Made by a program: the position numbers and the translations under genes. Source: Bdellovibrionales bacterium (lineage in GTDB: Bacteria > Bdellovibrionota > Bdellovibrionia > Bdellovibrionales > JAKFYE01). Taken from it: a stretch of 64,000 bases of DNA. The DNA lies in NCBI GenBank assembly GCA_965116215.1, contig OZ220494.1:1499992-1563991 (forward strand), in the 5' to 3' direction. Below are positions 59,416 to 64,000 of this stretch, piece by piece. A model generated the notes under the pieces. It was not told where the DNA came from and made no database searches. It was given only the letters and a program-made list of their open reading frames with translations. Every line of letters begins with the position of its first letter. Position 1 is the first letter of the stretch.

Positions 59416-60318
59416 ATGAAGGGTCTATCTCAATACAGCCTTTGTTTTAGTGATGTCATGATGGGACTTTTGTTTGTTTTTATATTACTTCTTGTAAAAT
59501 TTATGCTGGAGTCTCAAGAGGCTAAAAAAAACTTTGAGAGTCGTAGAGAAAAATTATTAAATCCTCTGAAGAGCAGAGCAGAATTGTTGTTGGAAATAAA
59601 AAATGCAATGAAAAAGAAGGGAATAGAAGTTCAGATCGATCAAGAAAATGGTGTGCTCACTTTAGAGAATATGAATTACTTTGATAAAGGCCGTTATACA
59701 TTGAGTGCTAAAGGGAAAAGGCAATTCACAAAGATCAAGGAGATTCTAGCGCAAAATATCATATGTTATTCTGATTTAGAGACATTGAAAAAGCAGGATT
59801 CAAGGATAGAGAACCGCTCGGTCTGGAAGTCTTATTATAAGCAGTGTCCTAAGAGCAAAAATGCCTTGATTGATTCTATTTTGATTGAAGGCCATGCGGA
59901 CCCTACACCTATTGGTCCTACCTTAAAGCGCAAGGAGAACATTCAAACCAATATAGACTTGGCCATGAAAAGATCTCAGACGATCTTTTATTTTTTAACA
60001 GAGTATAAAGAGTCTAAAGCAAAGGGTAATTATCTCTATTATTTATTAAACAAAAGGGGGAATTCCTTATTTGGTATCACATCTTATGGGAGTTTAAGAC
60101 CGAAGCATTCAGGAAAATCAAGGGATCGTTCTCCCCCTCCCCCTCCCCCTTCTCCTTTTTCTGCCTCAAAGGCCACAGATTATGATCGTGTTCCCTCCTC
60201 TGAGGGCCATGAGGATCGGCGTATTGATATGCGGTTTATTATGGCTCAACCAGAAAAATTAAAGTTAGAACTCAGGAAAATTATAGAAAATAGGAGTCAT
60301 ACAGAGTATGCAAAGTAA
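59416..60318 (+). CDS. zorB: ZorB-like protein: MotB-type TM/plug plus OmpA-like peptidoglycan-binding domain
   Basis: N-terminal CFSDVMMGLLFVFILLL (conserved Asp before the TM, as in MotB/ExbD-type stators). OmpA-like blocks ILIEGHADPTPIG, NIDLAMKRSQTIFYFL and RRIDMRF. It starts 14 nt after zorA. Confidence 0.8.
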   Translation: MKGLSQYSLCFSDVMMGLLFVFILLLVKFMLESQEAKKNFESRREKLLNPLKSRAELLLEIKNAMKKKGIEVQIDQENGVLTLENMNYFDKGRYTLSAKGKRQFTKIKEILAQNIICYSDLETLKKQDSRIENRSVWKSYYKQCPKSKNALIDSILIEGHADPTPIGPTLKRKENIQTNIDLAMKRSQTIFYFLTEYKESKAKGNYLYYLLNKRGNSLFGITSYGSLRPKHSGKSRDRSPPPPPPSPFSASKATDYDRVPSSEGHEDRRIDMRFIMAQPEKLKLELRKIIENRSHTEYAK

Positions 60319-61789
60319 ATTTTTTTTAAAAGACTTTTTAAAAAGTGAAATAAAGAGAAAAAATTCAAATTCTGTTTGGGATAATCTCTCTGAAAAGATA
60401 GCCCCCTATAAAAATGAAATAGAGAGGCATATCGCAAAACTGAGTCATTGTGAACTCAAAGAACGACCCACTTTGAGTGTAAAAGATATCTATGATGGGT
60501 ATCAAAAAATCTGGAATGAACATCAAACCATTAGGGGCGTTTCATCCAGAGAGTTAAAGGACTATTTTTTTATTTTATTTTCTAATCCTCAAGAGGGAGT
60601 TTCTACAGGTTTGTATGACGGCCCAGAGCAGTTTGATGATTTTTTGAATGTTATTGTTGAAAAAGGTCGGCAGAGTTATTTGAAAAGACTTATTTCAGAA
60701 CTATTTTATAATTATCCTAAAGATGAAGAATTTTTTGGGAGATTAGAAAAAGTATTTACCCACTTAGACAGAAAGAGGAGAAGTCATCAGTCTTTATTCA
60801 AAGCTCATATACAATTTCGTCTGATTGGGAAAGAGGGTCCTTCTCATATAGCAAGAGCTATATTAGATCCACAAAAGGAATTGTCTTCTGATGTTCTCTC
60901 TAAGATTTGGTTAAAAGAGCGACATCTCTTAGGAGGAATCGGGAAAGCTATTGTGAAAGAGCTTTGTAATCTGGCCTCAGAGCCTATTGAGCGAGAAGAT
61001 AAAGCCGTCTTAGATCGTTTTTTAGACTATCTCTCCAACAGTCGTGCTGTTTCCGCTAGGGAGGAAATCTCCAATTCAGATATGGGACCCACAGCCCGAT
61101 TTACTGATCCCAAACCTATTGTCTCTGTTTTATTGAGGCCCTTTGAAAATCAGATGCCCTCAAGGTCAATACAAAATACCATCACACAATTTCTAGATCG
61201 ATATGTTGGGGATCCACGTTTCAAGTCTGAAAAATGGATGGCCATGGGTAAGGAAAAGGAGATTTTTTTAAGATGGAAAATCGGTGAAACTATAGAAGAT
61301 TTTTTATCACTCCTTTCTTATACTGCCAATCAGGATCCTATGGCTCAGCGAATGTGGGGTTATCGTAAAGAATTTATAAAGGCATACTGGGAGGCTGGCC
61401 ATATAAGAAAAGCTTGGATTGTTTTGGGAAGGAAGGATTATGACAATCGATTAAAGTTTTTAAAAAGAGACTTTAATGGTTATGGAAAAATTATTAAAGG
61501 GGCACAGAGTAATCACTCTTGTTTACTTCTTCAAATTGGTGATCTGATTCTCTCTGAATGGAATTATAATGGAAAGGTAAGGATTTGGAATGAAAATGAA
61601 GAAGATAAGCATTCCCCTCCTTTCTATAAAGGAGAATATTCAAAAGAGGATTTGGTGAGTCCCTCCCAAAAAAAATTTGTTCATAGACAGGATAAACGAT
61701 ACAGTTGGCAGAAAAAACTGAGTTGGTATATTGAGGAAAACACTGGCATTGAGTGCCCTGATGTCCTTTTGAGAAAAATCTATATATAG
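60308..61789 (+). CDS. zorC: ZorC-position protein (expected EH-signature domain protein)
   Basis: 493-aa soluble protein that overlaps zorB by 11 nt and ends 13 nt before the SNF2 gene. The call rests mainly on operon position. The C-terminal block NHSCLLLQIGDLILSEWNYNGKVRIW is where an EH-signature would be expected, but I cannot verify the domain by eye. Confidence 0.6.
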   Translation: MQSKFFLKDFLKSEIKRKNSNSVWDNLSEKIAPYKNEIERHIAKLSHCELKERPTLSVKDIYDGYQKIWNEHQTIRGVSSRELKDYFFILFSNPQEGVSTGLYDGPEQFDDFLNVIVEKGRQSYLKRLISELFYNYPKDEEFFGRLEKVFTHLDRKRRSHQSLFKAHIQFRLIGKEGPSHIARAILDPQKELSSDVLSKIWLKERHLLGGIGKAIVKELCNLASEPIEREDKAVLDRFLDYLSNSRAVSAREEISNSDMGPTARFTDPKPIVSVLLRPFENQMPSRSIQNTITQFLDRYVGDPRFKSEKWMAMGKEKEIFLRWKIGETIEDFLSLLSYTANQDPMAQRMWGYRKEFIKAYWEAGHIRKAWIVLGRKDYDNRLKFLKRDFNGYGKIIKGAQSNHSCLLLQIGDLILSEWNYNGKVRIWNENEEDKHSPPFYKGEYSKEDLVSPSQKKFVHRQDKRYSWQKKLSWYIEENTGIECPDVLLRKIYI

Positions 61790-61802
61790 TTTGGGAGTTT
61801 AT

Positions 61803-64000
61803 ATGGAATTTAAAGTCAACGATGATTATATAATATTTCAGTTTAAAAAAAAGGAACTCACAGACGATATCAAGGGATTGTTATCTACATTAGAGGCTAA
61901 ATACGAAAAGGGTTTGGCCTATGTATCACATGCTCGTCTCGCCGATAGCAATGCTCATGAGATAAAAAAATTAGGACTTCCCGCTGTTTACCCACACCGT
62001 TTAGAGATAAAAACAAGAGGGCGACCCATAACCCCTGCTTTTTCTTCAGAGCAAATATATTCTGATGAACAATCTAGAAAGTTTTATCAAGTCAAAAGAG
62101 TCGGTGTTATTTTAGAATTAGATGGTAAAAAATTTACTTTAACAAACCCTCACTTTCTTTTTTTAGAAAATATAGAAAAGCTGTCTTCTCATATTAAAAG
62201 TCCCGGGGAGCGTTTGCGCCTTTGGTCTGAAGTTATAAAGACAGCTCCAAAAGAATGTGTATCAGCCAATAAAGAATTGCTCGATTTTTCTTTTATTCAA
62301 GCCAATCAATTTTGTTTAGATAAGAAAGTTCTCTTTGGGCAGGAGTTTAAAATTGTTCCGGATCTGATTTATACAAAAAATGAAGGCGATGAAGAATGCT
62401 CTATAAGTCATCAACTTCCAAAGGGCATTTCGCAAGAATTTAAACAGGGATTTTTGAAATCAGATGGTGTTGATCCCTATTATAAAATTGGCCCCTGCTA
62501 TATACAGATTTCAAAACCCTTGAGGATTTGTTTACAAATTATAAAAAAAATAAACGAAGAGCCTTTGGAAAATAGACGGGCCTTCTATATGTCTCCTATG
62601 GAGAGAATTAAAAATGAGCTTTCTGAGGATTTACCAGAAGATTTGATAGAAGATATATTTTTTGAAACGAAACAATTTATAAGTGATCGCATTTCTCATA
62701 TTGGAAAGTGGGTTCCAAAGTTGGGAGTTTATGTTGACCCTGAGAGTAACAACCCTTGGTTTCCAAAAGAGAATATTGTGTCCAAAATCGGAAACAGCCT
62801 CTTTCACTTTAATCCTGATGATTTGGATAAAGTTATCACAGATATGGAAGAGAAAAAGGAAAAAGGGGAAGACGTTTTTATTTATAAAGATCAAGCCGTT
62901 CCTATTAATGATGAAAGCATTTCAGAACTTAAAAGGGTTCGGAGGAATATCATTAGAGAAGGTGAAAATCTAACCAGTCTATCTGATGAATCAAAACAAA
63001 AGAAAAAATTATCTAGATTAGTGGCTATTATAAAGGATAATATTGATAATACCAAAGTTTATGAGTCTAGAAGACGTGAGCCCAGGGATTTGCAAAAAGG
63101 GATTCCCTTAGAGTTAAAGGATAAATTCAATAAGTATCCACATCAAGAAGAGGGCTTGTTTTGGCTGCAAGAAAATTTTATATGTGGAGTCCCCGGAGGG
63201 CTTTTGGCAGATGATATGGGGCTTGGAAAGACGTTTCAATCCCTTGCCTTTTTATATTGGTATAAGCAGTGTGTTTCAGATGCAAAACCTGCATTGATTG
63301 TGGCCCCCACAGGTCTTTTAAAGAACTGGCAAGATGAGTGTGAGGAACATTTGTTACAACATGGAGGACTAGGAAGGAAATATAAGGCCTATGGGGAATC
63401 TTTTAGAAGGGATAGAAAAAACTCCGTATTATCAGTCATCGAAGAAATGAAAAAAGCAGATTGGGTTTTGACAACTTATGAAGCGGTTAGGGATCATCAT
63501 AAGAATTTTTTTATTAAAGTATCATGGGGTATTGTCATATTTGATGAAATCCAAAAAATAAAAAATCCTAACTCATTAATGACAGATGCGGCAAAGGCTC
63601 TTGCGAGTGATTTTTCTATCGGTCTGACAGGAACTCCTATTGAGAATAGTTTTGTCGACTTATGGTGTATATCAGATTGTTTACGTCCAAAAATTCTTGG
63701 TTTATTAAAGGATTTTCATAATAAATATATAAGAGGTAAAGGAAATGGAGGTGAAATTCAAGAAAAGTTTAATCAGAACACCCCTCCCTTTATGTTAAGA
63801 AGAATGAAAAGTGACATACTTCATGATTTGCCAAAGAAAAACATTATTGTAAAAAAGGTAAATATGACAGATGAACAAAAGGAGGTCTATTCCGAAGTAC
63901 TGAGAAAAACAAAAAACAAAGAATATTCAAATAGTCTTCAGGCTCTCACATTACTCAGGCGATTTTCGATTTATCTTCAAGATTGCGTTGAAGACTCCAA
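61803..64000 (+). CDS. zorD: ZorD-like SNF2-family helicase (3' end beyond window; ORF absent from supplied track)
   Basis: My own translation from ATG 61803 (GGGAG at 61793..61797) is open to nt 64000. SNF2 motifs are YPHQEEGLFWLQENF, GGLLADDMGLGKTFQSLAFL (motif I, about 63195..63250), IVAPTGLLKNWQDE, VIFDEIQKIKN (motif II, about 63535..63565) and GLTGTPIENSFVDLW (motif III). Confidence 0.82.
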   Translation, partial: MEFKVNDDYIIFQFKKKELTDDIKGLLSTLEAKYEKGLAYVSHARLADSNAHEIKKLGLPAVYPHRLEIKTRGRPITPAFSSEQIYSDEQSRKFYQVKRVGVILELDGKKFTLTNPHFLFLENIEKLSSHIKSPGERLRLWSEVIKTAPKECVSANKELLDFSFIQANQFCLDKKVLFGQEFKIVPDLIYTKNEGDEECSISHQLPKGISQEFKQGFLKSDGVDPYYKIGPCYIQISKPLRICLQIIKKINEEPLENRRAFYMSPMERIKNELSEDLPEDLIEDIFFETKQFISDRISHIGKWVPKLGVYVDPESNNPWFPKENIVSKIGNSLFHFNPDDLDKVITDMEEKKEKGEDVFIYKDQAVPINDESISELKRVRRNIIREGENLTSLSDESKQKKKLSRLVAIIKDNIDNTKVYESRRREPRDLQKGIPLELKDKFNKYPHQEEGLFWLQENFICGVPGGLLADDMGLGKTFQSLAFLYWYKQCVSDAKPALIVAPTGLLKNWQDECEEHLLQHGGLGRKYKAYGESFRRDRKNSVLSVIEEMKKADWVLTTYEAVRDHHKNFFIKVSWGIVIFDEIQKIKNPNSLMTDAAKALASDFSIGLTGTPIENSFVDLWCISDCLRPKILGLLKDFHNKYIRGKGNGGEIQEKFNQNTPPFMLRRMKSDILHDLPKKNIIVKKVNMTDEQKEVYSEVLRKTKNKEYSNSLQALTLLRRFSIYLQDCVEDS

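Noticed and set aside
62631-62973. Two short ORFs (62631..62894 minus strand, 62683..62973 plus strand)
   Set aside because: Both lie inside the long open SNF2-helicase reading frame that starts at 61803 and are out of frame or antisense to it.
1-64000. Search for tRNA, rRNA, tmRNA, prophage or integrase genes
   Set aside because: No T-loop-like GGTTCGAATCC-type motifs, no rRNA-like GC-rich blocks and no integrase or phage structural ORFs were seen. I report none.

Overview
This is an AT-rich chromosomal segment (roughly 35-40% GC by eye) from a Gram-negative bacterium, since BamD, a LolA-like protein, an Mla-type transporter and RseP are all present. Gene content is loosely reminiscent of Bdellovibrio-like or Oligoflexia lineages, but taxonomy cannot be assigned from the sequence alone. 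I recognised no tRNA or rRNA gene and no prophage. About 55 kb is densely packed housekeeping. It holds dnaB (5' end cut by the window), a Cys/Met PLP enzyme, uppP, a Ser/Thr kinase, and an Mla-like ABC transporter with duplicated ATPase and permease genes. It also holds a TCA block (icd-mdh-sucC-sucD-ndk), nadE, hpt, bamD, mltG, pgeF-rluD, the rpsB-tsf-pyrH-frr-uppS-cdsA-rseP string, clpP-clpX-lon and pepA. From about 55.3 kb the character changes. There is an Rpn/PD-(D/E)XK transposase-like nuclease, an orphan sufE, and a 0.6 kb non-coding stretch carrying a CRISPR-like pair of direct repeats. A tightly packed four-gene operon then runs from 57581 to the window end. It encodes (1) a MotA/ExbB-like channel protein with a tail of about 400 aa with coiled-coil-like composition, (2) a MotB/OmpA-like partner, (3) a 493-aa protein in the ZorC position and (4) an SNF2-family helicase. 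The helicase ORF is absent from the supplied ORF track because it runs off the window. This is the architecture of a type I Zorya (ZorABCD) anti-phage defence system and is the headline finding. It matches a described family, so I do not claim the family itself is new. Secondary observations include a GC-rich 190-nt element closed by a perfect 20-bp inverted repeat, which is a candidate structured RNA and possibly 6S-like. There is also a 72-aa Lys/Arg-rich histone H1-like gene with an internal repeat and a G9 tract. Others are tandem DEDDh exonuclease paralogs, an amidoligase-like protein with an N-terminal signal peptide, and an orphan T2SS-F-like trio. All family calls rest on motifs read by eye from the translations, and no database search was run.
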